Assembly: GCA_004431415.1 (NCBI GenBank)
Contig: QPMI01000068.1
Location: forward strand, 62,001 to 126,000
DNA length: 64,000 bases
Direction of reading: 5' to 3'
Origin: Cyanophora paradoxa CCMP329
Taxonomy: Eukaryota; Plantae; Glaucophyta
The position numbers and the translations under genes were made by a program. Numbering within the stretch: the stretch's first letter is position 1; the number at the start of each line of letters is the position of its first letter. Of this stretch, positions 34,836 through 46,400 are shown piece after piece. The notes under the pieces are model-generated. The model made no database searches. It saw only the letters and a program-made list of their open reading frames with translations, and had not been told where the DNA came from.

Positions 34836-37800
34836 ATGCCCCGCCGCAGCCACTATCAAATTAAGGAGCTTCAGGATGAGATTATCGGGAATTTAGCCTT
34901 TCTACTTGCGAACCATTCCATTAGCGACGGAGAATACGAAGCTTATATTAAACAGACCAATAAAAAGCTCAAAGGGCTACAAGCCCTGAACCGAGAGCTG
35001 CTCGGAAAAATCGAGCTACTCGACGAAGGTGACCGCCTGGGACAGATTCAGGCCGACCAGACGACCACCACACAAGTTCGTGGAGAGGACTACACGGCCT
35101 TAATTAATGAGCACAGGGCGCTGAATAATAAATATATTGATTTCACGATCCGCGCCAAGCATCGAATCACAACCACCCAGGAATTTAATGACACATATGC
35201 TGAAGAGCTTCATTCGAGGCTTCAAGACGCCATCAACTCGCAGATGTCAATTAAAACGCGCTTCACATACATCTGCCGTTTTTCAAGGGCGAGTAGCCCC
35301 AGAGAATTCATTACCAAACATATTTACAGTAGCTACAATATAATTACCAGATCGCGCAGCCTCCAAAAGGAAACGTCAAAATTGGCCAGAGAATGCCAAT
35401 CCCAGATCGATGTCACTGACAGCTATCGTTTGGACAGCATTCAAGCGCTACGAGTGATTGTTCTCTCATACAAACCCATAGCAGGGGCAGGTTTTATTCC
35501 ACTCCCCGACTGGCTAAAGAATAAACGCGCAATTGTGAACGTAAATAACGCAGATGACAGGTGCTTTGAGTATGCCATCCTTTGCTACATTCATAAAGAT
35601 GACGTAAATAGTCACAAACGAAATGAACCCTGCCAGTACAGGAGGTGGTTCAAAAAGGAGTTGAATTTCGAGGGCATCGAATTTCCTGTAAAGGCGGATG
35701 CTGATACTATTGACCTGTTCGAAAGCCTCAATCCAGACATCTCTGTTAATATTTACGACACCTTCAACTCTACAGAAGAAATTAATCTGCTCCACAACAG
35801 CTCTTCGCGCAACAGGAAGTACCAAGTCGACCTGCTCCTAATTACAGGCGAAAATGGGAAAAGCCACTACACTACAATATTTAGTATGTCGCGACTGCTT
35901 GCGCAAAATGACAAACAGCGCCTACATTTCTGTAAAACGTGCTCAAATCATTTCAAGACTGAAGAGAAACTGCTTGCCCACATCCAAAGCAAACGCTGTG
36001 TGGATTGGAGGACCTCAGCAGGTGAAACCCCAAAGCAACCCACATTCATTGAGTTTGGACTGAAGCATCTAACCAAAACCGTATTTCTCCCAGTAATTGC
36101 GTACTGCTACTTTGATTTTGACACAGATCAAACGGGCATGTTCAAAATTAAATCTATCTCCATGATTGGCCTATAAAGTAGTCATCAAGAAAAAGCACAC
36201 CAGCATCTACGAGCTTTTAACTACACTCGACAAAGCAGCCCCTGAGCTACTTAAAGCCCTATTCACCAACGTCCCAATGTCACTGACAAAGGAGCAAAAG
36301 CACGCCCACTACCTCACCAAAATGTGCTACATCTGTGATGGTACGTTTTCCCAAGACAATTTTAAAGTCCGCGATCATGACCACCAAACGGGCGACTTTG
36401 TAGGTACAGCATGTCGCAGATGTAACCTTCACAGACGCACCAGCAATTTCACCAAGATTCCCATAGTGACCAATGACCTCTCACTGTCTGGAAACCAGCT
36501 ATTCAAGGCCATCGCGCTCAATTCCGAGAGGCGCGTGGACGTCCTTGCGAAATCGTTTGACAACTACTTGTCGATCACCTGGGGTTGTTTCAAATTCATT
36601 GACATCAAAAACTTTATCGATTTTGGCGTTCAAAACGTGGAAGAATTAAAGGAAAGGTTCCAGCTTTTCCGCCAGAAATCGCACAGAACCTATGGCATGG
36701 ATGCTGCCCATTACGTCTCAAGTCCTGGGCTATCATGGGACAGCGTGCTGTCGACCACCAGGCCAAAGATCGAGCTGCTTTCCAACTCTGATATGTACAG
36801 CATGGTTGAAGGTATGATTAGGGGAGGCCTTTCTATTATGAATCACAGGTACGCCAGAGCAGAGAAAGATGATCACATAATCTATTTGGACGCCAATAAT
36901 CTATACGGCTACGCCCTCTCGCAAAAGCTGCCCCTCTCAGGCTTCCAGTGGCACACAGATCCCGCTATCTATGACCTCACATCGCCAGAGGGCGCAATTT
37001 TGGAGGTGGACATTCATTATCCCAAAAATCTCCATGAAATTCACAAAGAGCTGCCGCTTGTCATCAAGAGAACAGAGGATGGACTACAAGCGGCCTGTGA
37101 AGACAGATCCAACAACGTGGTGTCTAAACCTCTGCTCCAATTCATGGTAGCACAAGGCTTAAAGGTCACCAAAATCCACAGGGTGTTAACATTTACCGAG
37201 GCTGCCTTTATGAAGCCCTACGTTGAATCCAATGCCCAAAACCGCAGAGAAGCCCCCTCTAAACCCGAAAAGGACTTCTTTAAAATTATGAACAATAGCC
37301 TGTTCGGTAAATCCATTGAGAGAGTGAGAGGGCGCTCCAATGTCAAGATTGCCACCACCGAAAAGCAATTTATGAAATATGCGCGATCCCCACTGCTCAA
37401 GGCCGAAACGAGACTGAGTGATTCAGCAGTTGCCTTCGAAATGCTACAGAAAGATGTCAAGCTGGACAAGCCCATATCAATCGGAGCAGTTGTCTTGGAT
37501 CTTGCCAAGCTGCGCCTATTTGATTATTACTATAACACCATCAAGCGCAAATGGCCGGACTGTAAATTGCTTTTCACAGATACGGACTCGCTGTGCTTAC
37601 TCGTCCGCTCGAAATCCATTGAAAACGACTTAAAGGACATTGATACCAACCCTACTGAGCTGGGGAAGTTCAAGAACGAGTTTGATGGCCGCACAGTAAT
37701 TGAATACGCTGGAGTGAGGCCGAAATGCTACAGCATCAAAACGGACGATGCTGAAATTAAGAGACTGGCGGGGGTCTGTAAAGAGACAGTTGGCGCCGAC

Positions 37801-37923
37801 CTATCATTCCAAGATTATAAAGATCACGTGTTGTGGCAGAAGCCGAAACAAATCGAAATGAACGTCCAAAAGAAGCTTGACAGTGAGACGTTCAATGTGA
37901 GGATGTCAAAGATTGCTTTCTGA
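34836..37923 (+). CDS. Protein-primed family B DNA polymerase (Polinton-type), one frameshift at ~36165-36176
   Basis: FIPLPDWLKNKRAIVN..N.DDRCF; endonuclease VII-like VRDHDH...CRRCN; motif A YLDANNLYG, motif B KIMNNSLFGK, motif C TDTDS, PKCY. Confidence 0.9.
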
Positions 37924-37934
37924 TATCAATATAA

Positions 37935-39284
37935 ATGACGTCAAAAATCACACGAAGACAGGTGGAGTATGATGTGAGTGTACTGCCCATCCCAATCCCG
38001 CAGGAGGAGAGAGGAAGTCGCATACAGAAGAAGAGTGACCTCAAAGCTTTAGTCCCCGCGGAAATTCCCACGGCAATCGCTGTCCCGCATTTAGACCCCG
38101 TCGCGAATACATTCTATGATACAAAGCTGGGGTTTAAAGGGCTCGCCTCACTGGCCAAAGAGCTCCCCAACGTGCCCAGAAAGATTTTGAGGCGCTTTTA
38201 CTACGCGCAGGAAATTAACCAAATTAATAAACCACTCCCGTCCGCCAAAAAGACCCCCTATATTCCAATTCGGCAGCCGCTTGACACTTATGCCATCGAT
38301 CTGATATTCTATCCCGCATACAGTAAACAGAATCAAGGTTATAACACGTTTCTAACCGCAGTGGAGAACACCACGAGACAGGGGTTTATTATTCCCATGC
38401 GGGGCAAGACCGCAGAAAGCACGTTGAACGCATTTAAGGAGCTTGAGCAACTGGTTCCGCGTCCAATCGTGAAGGTACAAAGCGACGCGGGAAGCGAATT
38501 CGTGAATAAAACATTTAAGGATCATTTGGAATCGCAAAAGATCGAGCAGCAAGTGTCGCAGGCCGGGGATCACAATAGCCAAGGCCGCATAGAGGCATTC
38601 AATCGCACAATCAAGAAACTAATCAATGCGTACTGCGTCGCCAACAATACTGTGAAATTCTTTGACAAACTCGATGATTTCGCATACAATTATAATAATA
38701 CGATCCACTCAGCGACGGGAATGAAACCAGCAGAGACCACGGAGCTACACGTGCCTGTAATAATCGCGAGAGAAAACGAGAAATTTATGAAGTCGATCGA
38801 ATACTTAAAGGATTTCCCAGCGGGAACCCACGTCCGAGCGAAAATAGAGAAGAGCCCGTTCGCCAAACAAGGCAACAACTGGAGCCGCGAGATATTCACA
38901 ATAGATGGAGCGGAGGGATTCAAGTTTAGATTGAGGGACAATTCTGGTAAATTAATCGATCGGCTGTACGCCCACTACGAGCTACAGAAAGTGGAAAGCG
39001 TCGAATTTCTGGAAGCCCCATCGATTAATGTGATCGAAGAGGCAAAGAAAGAGGCGCGCGCGGCGACTCGCATTGCGAGGGAAGGTATAGATATGGCGCC
39101 CTCAGTGCCCGAGGGCAGTTTACTGGAGGCTCGAGGCGAGACCAGCCGCAGGGTGGCGCGGGAACTGAGCAAGTTAGCCGTGGCAGGAACCCAGAGGCTC
39201 GCCCCGAGCGCTGTGCGCACAGAGAATATAACTCAGTACACATCAGCGACATCGAGGCTGCGATCTCGCGGGAGAGCGAAATAA
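37935..39284 (+). CDS. Retroviral-like (rve) integrase
   Basis: AIDL, QSDAGSEF, IEAFNRTIK (DDE); YNNTIHSATGMKP; FAK..NWSREIF. Confidence 0.92.
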   Translation: MTSKITRRQVEYDVSVLPIPIPQEERGSRIQKKSDLKALVPAEIPTAIAVPHLDPVANTFYDTKLGFKGLASLAKELPNVPRKILRRFYYAQEINQINKPLPSAKKTPYIPIRQPLDTYAIDLIFYPAYSKQNQGYNTFLTAVENTTRQGFIIPMRGKTAESTLNAFKELEQLVPRPIVKVQSDAGSEFVNKTFKDHLESQKIEQQVSQAGDHNSQGRIEAFNRTIKKLINAYCVANNTVKFFDKLDDFAYNYNNTIHSATGMKPAETTELHVPVIIARENEKFMKSIEYLKDFPAGTHVRAKIEKSPFAKQGNNWSREIFTIDGAEGFKFRLRDNSGKLIDRLYAHYELQKVESVEFLEAPSINVIEEAKKEARAATRIAREGIDMAPSVPEGSLLEARGETSRRVARELSKLAVAGTQRLAPSAVRTENITQYTSATSRLRSRGRAK

Positions 39285-39287
39285 AAT

Positions 39288-40419
39288 CTAGGCGGAGTCA
39301 GTGAGAGCCTCCATCATGGCCTCGTCGTCGACGTCGCCGAAGGGGAGCTCCGCCATCTCCTCGTCGCCGTCCGCGCCCTCCCCCTCGCCGCCATCCGCGC
39401 CCTCCCCCTCGCCAGCCGCGGCCTCCGCGCCCTCCTCAGCCCCCTCCTCGCCCTCTGCGCCCTCCTCGCCCCCATCCGCGCCCACCCACTCCGCGCCCTC
39501 CTCCTCCGCGCCCTCGGCCGCCCCCTGCGGCTCCAGATCCTCCTCCTCGCCCTCGGCCTCCTCTGCGACCGCGGGAAGGGTGGCCGCGGGCTTGGGGGCG
39601 GCCTTGGGGGCGGCCGCGGGCTTGGGCGCGGCCTTGGGGGCGGCGTCGGCCTTGGGGGCGGCGGCCGCGGTCTTGAGGATGGCGCCGGTCTTGAGGGCGG
39701 TCTTGATGAACTCGGGCGTCTTCGCCTTCTTGGCCTTGGGCAGCAGAGCTGAATAGCTGCTCTCGTCCCAGTACTCCTGTGTGGAGCCAGAGGCCGCCGC
39801 GGTCTGCTCGACGGGTCAGCTCGAATTAATAGCAATTATTTTATTTTTGCGCGAAGGGCGCCGCCACGCACCTCCACAGCCTCGGCCGCCCCCTCCATGT
39901 TCATGGAGTGGCGCAGAGACGCGTTCACAAGCCCCTGTGCCGCAGCTGCCCGTGAGCAGGGGCAGGTAGTTAATTAATATAAAGCGGGACGCACCCGTTT
40001 GACAGTGAGGCCGAATTGGATGACCTTCTTGTTGAACTGAATCGGTACCTTGCCGTCGACCTTGCGGATCAAATTCGAGTCCGCCATGCGATCGGCGACC
40101 CGCTTCAGGGACTGCGCCGCGGCCGTCGTTAGCTATATTTATATTCGCAATATTAATGTGTACACGCAGGGCGTACGGCAACGAGGTCGTTTGGAAGACT
40201 CTTGATCAACTCGATGCCTTTCGTAGCGATCTCGTGCTTTTCCTCGAGTTCGGCAGTCGCCGAGCCGCCGCCCAGCTGGCGCTCGAGCGCGGCCAGCCTC
40301 TCCAACATCGCAGACTCGCGTTGAGGAGCCGTCATATTGCGCCATACGTTAAGGCCGACGCCAACCATGGTGGCTTCGCGCCTCATGCGTTCGTTCCAAG
40401 CTGCCTTGCTGGAGCTCAT
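39288..40419 (-). CDS. Spliced 4-exon gene, 312 aa, with a Lys/Ala/Pro-rich segment and an acidic tail
   Basis: GT-AG introns 40112-40176, 39935-39994 and 39804-39871 (GTRCGY donors; GCTAAC/GCTCAC/GCTGAC branch sites) give an uninterrupted ORF MSSSKAAW...ALTDSA*. Confidence 0.8.
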
Positions 40420-40652
40420 GGCTATGCGTATACGTATATCTGCTATAGCTATGTTCGCACGATCGATATCGATATCGATATCGATGCTTATCGATATCGA
40501 TATATATGGTAGGCCGCGCACTGTGCCTACTACGGCCGCGCCCGGCCCAGTAGGCAGCGGCCAGTGCCTACTCAGTACTGCGGCCCGGTAGGCCGCGGCC
40601 CGAGTCTACTGCTGCCCGGTAGGCCGAGCACTGTAGCCTGTAGGCTGCGGCG

Positions 40653-40787
40653 CGGTGCCTACTCAGGCTCGCTGGGCCGCGCACGGTGCCTACTCAGGCT
40701 CGCTGGGCCGCGCACGGTGCCTACTCGGGCTCGCTGGGCCGCGCACGGTGCCTACTCGGGCTCGCTGGGCCGCGCACGGTGCCTACT
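40653..40787. repeat. 31-bp tandem repeat, ~4.3 copies
   Basis: CGGTGCCTACTCRGGCTCGCTGGGCCGCGCA units at 40653, 40684, 40715, 40746, plus a partial unit. Confidence 0.9.
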
Positions 40788-41189
40788 GCTGCCCGGTAGG
40801 CACAGGCCGGCGCCTACCGAAGCACTGCGCGCGCGCGTAGGCTGCTGAGCGGCCAGGCACTGGCAAAATTTACCACTCTGGGCCAAACACTGAAACAGTT
40901 CTGATTCGCGGACTGGCAGCCAAAGAAATTCCGAACCGGCCGCGGCCGGGGACTTCCACTCAAGCCTGAAGTTTGGCACGTCGACGTGAAATTGCTGCTG
41001 CGGAAGCCTTGATATTGGCCATCAATTCGAGTCCGAGGCAACTTGACCAAGCTAATTAAATCTGGATTTCGACTTGATTGATTTTACGAAGTTCAGCCTG
41101 AAGTTCAAGTTCCCCATTCGGGTGCGTACCGACCGTGGCGATTCGTGAATCGGCCGCACTGCGGTACGTAGTGCTACCGCAGTACCGTA

Positions 41190-41419
41190 CCGTAGACGAC
41201 TTAAATACTGCGCCACATATTACCGCGTTCTAAAATTTCGGCGCCGGTATGCGCTTTACCGCGCTACCAAATTACCGCGTTCCATCGTCTTCGAAAATGT
41301 ATTATTTGTTAGCAAAGGGGGTAATACTGCGCTACCAAATTACTGCGTTCTAAAAATTTTGAGCGCGGTAATTTGGCAGCGCGGTATTTAAGTCAGCGCG
41401 GTATATAAGTCGTCTACGG
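41190..41419. mobile_element. MITE (Tc1/mariner-like), 230 bp
   Basis: TIR CCGTAGACGACTTA...TAAGTCGTCTACGG flanked by TA on both sides; AT-rich non-coding interior. Confidence 0.7.
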
Positions 41420-41850
41420 TAGTACCGGAGCGCTAGCTTGCCTGCGCACACTGTAACAGCCTGGCCCAGTGGCAGGCGGCACAGTGCGCAGTACCGGCGC
41501 CCGTCACTGTCAGCCGCTCGATCGATCAGAATAATCAGATGCGGATGCGCATGAGCCGGGCGCGGCCCAGCGCCGACGGGAGAGTCACAGACTCACAATG
41601 TGGCTGCCCGGAGTGCCGGAGAGTCACTGTGGCTACCCTGAGTCCGGACCGTGACTCCGGATCCAGCACCGCCGGCGCCGCAGTCCGCCGGCCGGCCCGG
41701 CGGCACTGCGCATGCCCTGCGGCCGCCGGCCGCACTGCTTGTGCGACGGTACTGTAGTACGTAGTACACTGTAGTACCGTAGTACGCGAGGGTGCGCAGA
41801 CCGTCGGACAGTTCGCAGTTCCGAAGTTCGCAGCAGCAGCAGCAGCAGAG

Positions 41851-43054
41851 ATGTCGCGCGGTAGGACCGATATGCCGCTGAGCCAGCCCGTCGTCGAGGA
41901 ACTCCAAGTTATTCTCAGCAATGCGAAGTCACTTCTCCACGCCTGTGCCACGGACACACTCACTGATCTCCAGAACGCCGTCGCCAGCATGACCATCGCG
42001 ATCACTCACGAGCTGGGACAGCGTGCCGACGCGGTTAAAGCTGCTGAGGAAGCCGATGAGGACGTCCAGGATCTTCTGGTGAGCGGCGAATTCGCTTACA
42101 TACATTCATATTCATATAAATACGCGCAGAGCTCCATGGCCATCACGTACAAGCTGAAGAAGAAGCCGCTGCCGCCAGTGCCAAGCGCCAAGCCGGTGCG
42201 CCGCGGCGTCGCGTTGTATATATATATATGTATGAACACGAACATGAATATATATATGAATCGATCGCGAATACGCAGGCCACGCCCAAGCCCACGCCCA
42301 AGCCCACGGCCAAGCCCACGCCCAAGCCTGCGCCCAAGCCCGCCTCCGAGGATGAGGTTCGCAACCGTTTATATATACATATATAATGCGTACAAGCGAC
42401 GCCGCGACGCTTCAGGACGAGGAGGAGGAGCCGGAGCCGACGCCGACGCCCAAGAAGAAGGCGTCCGCGCCCAAGAAGGCGCCTGCGCCCGCCCCCGAGG
42501 TTCGATAATTGCGAGTAATTACGATGCGTAAATTTATGATCAAACAGAGCGATCCGGAGGAGGACGAGGAGGGGGAGGCCGTTAACGTTGGCGGCGACGT
42601 GAGTTCATATATTCTATAATTATCGTCGCGAGCAAATCGCTTTGGCAGTCGTCGGCAATCGTAGACGTGGTCGTCCAGGGTGCTGACAACAAGAAGTCCA
42701 TCGTCAAGGCGGTGCCAGCGTGGGCTCTGCTCGACCTCAACACGAATGCGAAGAAGATCACCGAGGACAAAGTCACCGTGCGCTCATTTCGATTTATAGA
42801 TCCAATATGCCCAGTTGCGATTGCGAGTTGAATATTTCTAATAATTATGTCAGCTGCTCAAAAACAAGATTCCTGGGTTCGAAACCATCAACAAGCGCTC
42901 AGCTATCAAGACTCTCGCCTCAGCGGGCAACGGCATGAAGAAGGCCTTCTGGGACACGACAGCCCACAATCCGAAGCCATTCTTCTGGTTCAAAGTTGAC
43001 GGCGGCGTGATTGTCAGCGCCACGAAGGCGGATTTCCGCAGCTGCGTTGTCTGA
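41851..43054 (+). CDS. Spliced 7-exon gene, 278 aa, with KPTP repeats and acidic patches
   Basis: GT-AG introns 42079-42129, 42196-42278, 42357-42415, 42500-42547, 42599-42648 and 42778-42853. AT-rich introns separate GC-rich exons; ORF open to TGA at 43052-43054. Confidence 0.8.
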
Positions 43055-43151
43055 ATTCCTTCGACAGCCATTGTGGCGTTCGACAGTCGCGATGTGCGAT
43101 TTTGAATTAATTAAAGACTGTGATGAGCATTCACTATTTACATACGAGAGA

Positions 43152-43257
43152 GAGTGTTGAGGGTGTTGAGAGTGTTGAGGGTTATATGTAAAAATTCCCG
43201 CGAGAGGGGATTTTCATAAGAAAGTTTACAAACAACCCTCAACACCCTCAACACCCC
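43152..43257. promoter_or_regulatory. Second origin-like element, inverted relative to 31713-31776
   Basis: Core 43177-43240 matches the first core at 59/64 nt (reverse complement); flanked by GTGTTGAG/CTCAACAC repeats. Confidence 0.55.
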
Positions 43258-43334
43258 CTGCTGGTGCCAAAAAGACATGATTAATACCCTAAGACCTGAA
43301 ATAAATGCTTACTACCCTAGTACCTGAAACGCGC

Positions 43335-43409
43335 ACACATAGGGATACCCCTGATCCAAGCCCTCCGGCCTTCGGCCTACAGGCTTGGATCAGGGGTATC
43401 CCTATGTGT
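43335..43409. repeat. Perfect 28-bp-stem hairpin at a junction
   Basis: ACACATAGGGATACCCCTGATCCAAGCC-N19-GGCTTGGATCAGGGGTATCCCTATGTGT, followed directly by codon ~7 of a fibre gene. Confidence 0.9.
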
Positions 43410-46400
43410 AGCAAATTTACAAACCATAACAGGTAGTGGTAAAGGAAACACTAAACATGTAAACTTTGATAATATCACCATTAAAGGGTCGGCGTCAATT
43501 GATCAGAGCGCCGATAAACCCAGTAAGACGCATCCCAGAATTCATGCTTTAACGGTGAATCAAACAGACCCAGAGAAAGAAGATGTAAGATGTAAGATGT
43601 AACTTAAAGCAAGTGGAACGCATCCCGATATTCCCACACGTTATGATAGCGGACGTTTGGTTTTTAATGTCCAGGATGAGAAGGGAGTTCATCGTAGCGG
43701 TTTGAGAATCTATAATGAAGGATCAAATTCGATAGCACAAATTCCCCAGATATTACAGGTAGCCCCACATGGTGAAGAGAATCAGATTCGCCACACCAAC
43801 AATGTTTACCCAAAGGACATCGTCAACAATTCAAACACTAATGCACTGTTTGGTTTCACTCTTCCACCGGATACTTCCAAAGAAAAGGATTCGATCACAG
43901 TCGACAGTAGTCCCAGTCAACCAGTTGCTATACATTTACATCCCGATCTTGTCGAAATGGATCGCCACCTTTTACCTTTGAAAACAAACACCAAAGACCT
44001 TGGTATTAGAACCCGACAATGGCGAAATATTCATGGTAGTAATGTTTATGCAAATGGGGAGCGGCTCGTTAGTGAAAAGACCATAAGAGAAATCATAGAG
44101 CATTACGGACCTACTCCGGTTCCGTTTCCACTTCCATGGGATCCACCAGATCTTACACCAAAGAAACAACCCGGTAGAGAATATACAGCGGATGAAACAG
44201 TAGCGTTTGGGCAACATTTTGTTAGTTGGGAAAAAGTCCATAATAAACCCGTTTTTAAAGATTACAAACCGCCAGCTGAGGAACTCTTAGCACCAGATAT
44301 TAATGTTATACCTCTCGAACACAAAGAATGTGAAGACGTGGAAGAATTACCCGATGGATTTGATCCTTACCATATGTTATATGATCGTTACCACAACTTT
44401 TACCACATGGATTAGATCAAACAACTTTTACCACATGGATTAGATCAAACATAGATTACGAACAGCCACATATACCAGATGAAGAGTTATTAGCAGACGG
44501 ATTACAGCCGGGATTTTTCGATTTTACCGTAGATTGGAGGGATATTATTAACAAACCCGACACATTCCCACCAGATCCCCACGAACACGAATGGGATGAC
44601 ATTCTAAACAAACCGGAAAGATTTCCTCCCACAGAGCATAGGCACGATTGGGAAGATTTAGATAACATACCTACTGAATTTCCACCAGCAGACCACAGGC
44701 ATAATTGGGACGAAATCGATGAGCAACCTACTTTCGCATCCGCAGGAAATGTATTAACAGATTTCCAACATGGTGTAAGTCTTTATAGAAATATTAACGT
44801 AGAAGAAAGATTACAATTAAATGACCACTACCTTAATCGCATGGGAATAGAAGCAGGAACAGGAATGGAAGCCGAATTATACATTAGACCACCCAGAAGA
44901 GAAGGGATTTTACCAATTAATGGTAATTTTGGTTTGTATGAGACGAAACCCGGAATTTATTTAACAAGCTTCTATTCTGAGGATATCCCGATGACAGATG
45001 TATTACCTCCTATACCGTCGCTTCCATTAGATCCAAATAGTTATGATAACAAAGACGCAGCAATACAAATTAATGTTACAGATGTAAGCGATTTTGACCA
45101 ATCGAGACCAAAATTAGTATTTACTCGGCAGCGTCTTTTACCTAATACTTTTATAGGAGATCGAGATGATTATAGAAGATGTGAGGTAGCATGGATAAAA
45201 ACAAATTATAATGGCGGAGTTGGTGAAGGTTTATTAGAAATCAATCAAAGAGCAAGCGCCAAAAACATACACAATGAAGATATATCGAGAGTGGTAACAG
45301 AGGATTATTTAGAAGAACAGGGATACATTGATGAAGGAGAACTTACTAATATTCTTTCATTATTCGTGATAAAAAATGATACAAACCTTACAGTCACAAG
45401 TAACATTTACACCAGTAATATTTCAGCAAGTAACATTTACACAAGTAACCTATGGGCGAGTAACATTTACACCAGCAACATTTCAGCAAGTAACATTTAC
45501 ACCAGTAACCTTTGGGCAAGTAATCTTTATTCCAGCAACTTAGTCGTCGATTATTTGACTGTGAATATAGAAGCAAACCTTCCACATCATCCTACTTCTA
45601 ATGTTGTTTTAGATTGGATAGCAAACCACACCCATACCAAAGATGAGATTGAGGATTTTGCCCATAGGCACATGTGGAGCGAAATAGATGACCAGCCTAA
45701 GTTTGCTTCGGCAGGAAATATATTAACAGATTTTACAGATGGTGTAAGTCTCTATCAGAGCAATACCATACCTGAAAGGTTACAATTAAATGACTACTAT
45801 GTGAATCGCAAAGGAATAGATGCAGGCACCACAATGGAAGGCGAATTATACATTAGACCCCCCACAAGAATGCAGATGATTGCAGCAGGCGGGAACTTTG
45901 GAGCATTGGACACCAAACCAGGTATCTATCTAACAAGCTACTACGCTGATGACATCCCGATGACAGGAGGTTTAATATCTCTACCATCTGATCCAGTCAA
46001 CTATGATGATAAAGATGCAGCAATACAAATCAATGTTACTGATGTGAGTGATTTGGATTCATCAAGACCGAAATTAATATTCAGCAGAGAGAGACTGTTA
46101 CCAGATGCACTTTTAGGAAATCGAGATGATTACAAGAGATGTGAGGTCGCATGGATAAAAACAAATTATAATGGTGGAGTTGGTGAGGGGGTTTTAGAAA
46201 TCAATCAGAGAGCCTCAGCGAAAAACATTCACAATGAGAATATTTCAAGAGTTGTAACAGAAGATTACCTTCAAGCCCAAAACTACATAGATGAAACAGA
46301 ACTAAATACAATTATTGCAGGTATAAATATTGGTGTGACAGGGGATTACCTTCCTCTCACAGGCGGAATTATTGATGGAACAGTAACGGCATGTAACTTT

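Noticed and set aside
39288-43054. Naming the host species from intron style and GC content
   Set aside because: Short GTGCG/GCTRAC introns occur in several GC-rich protist lineages and are not diagnostic.
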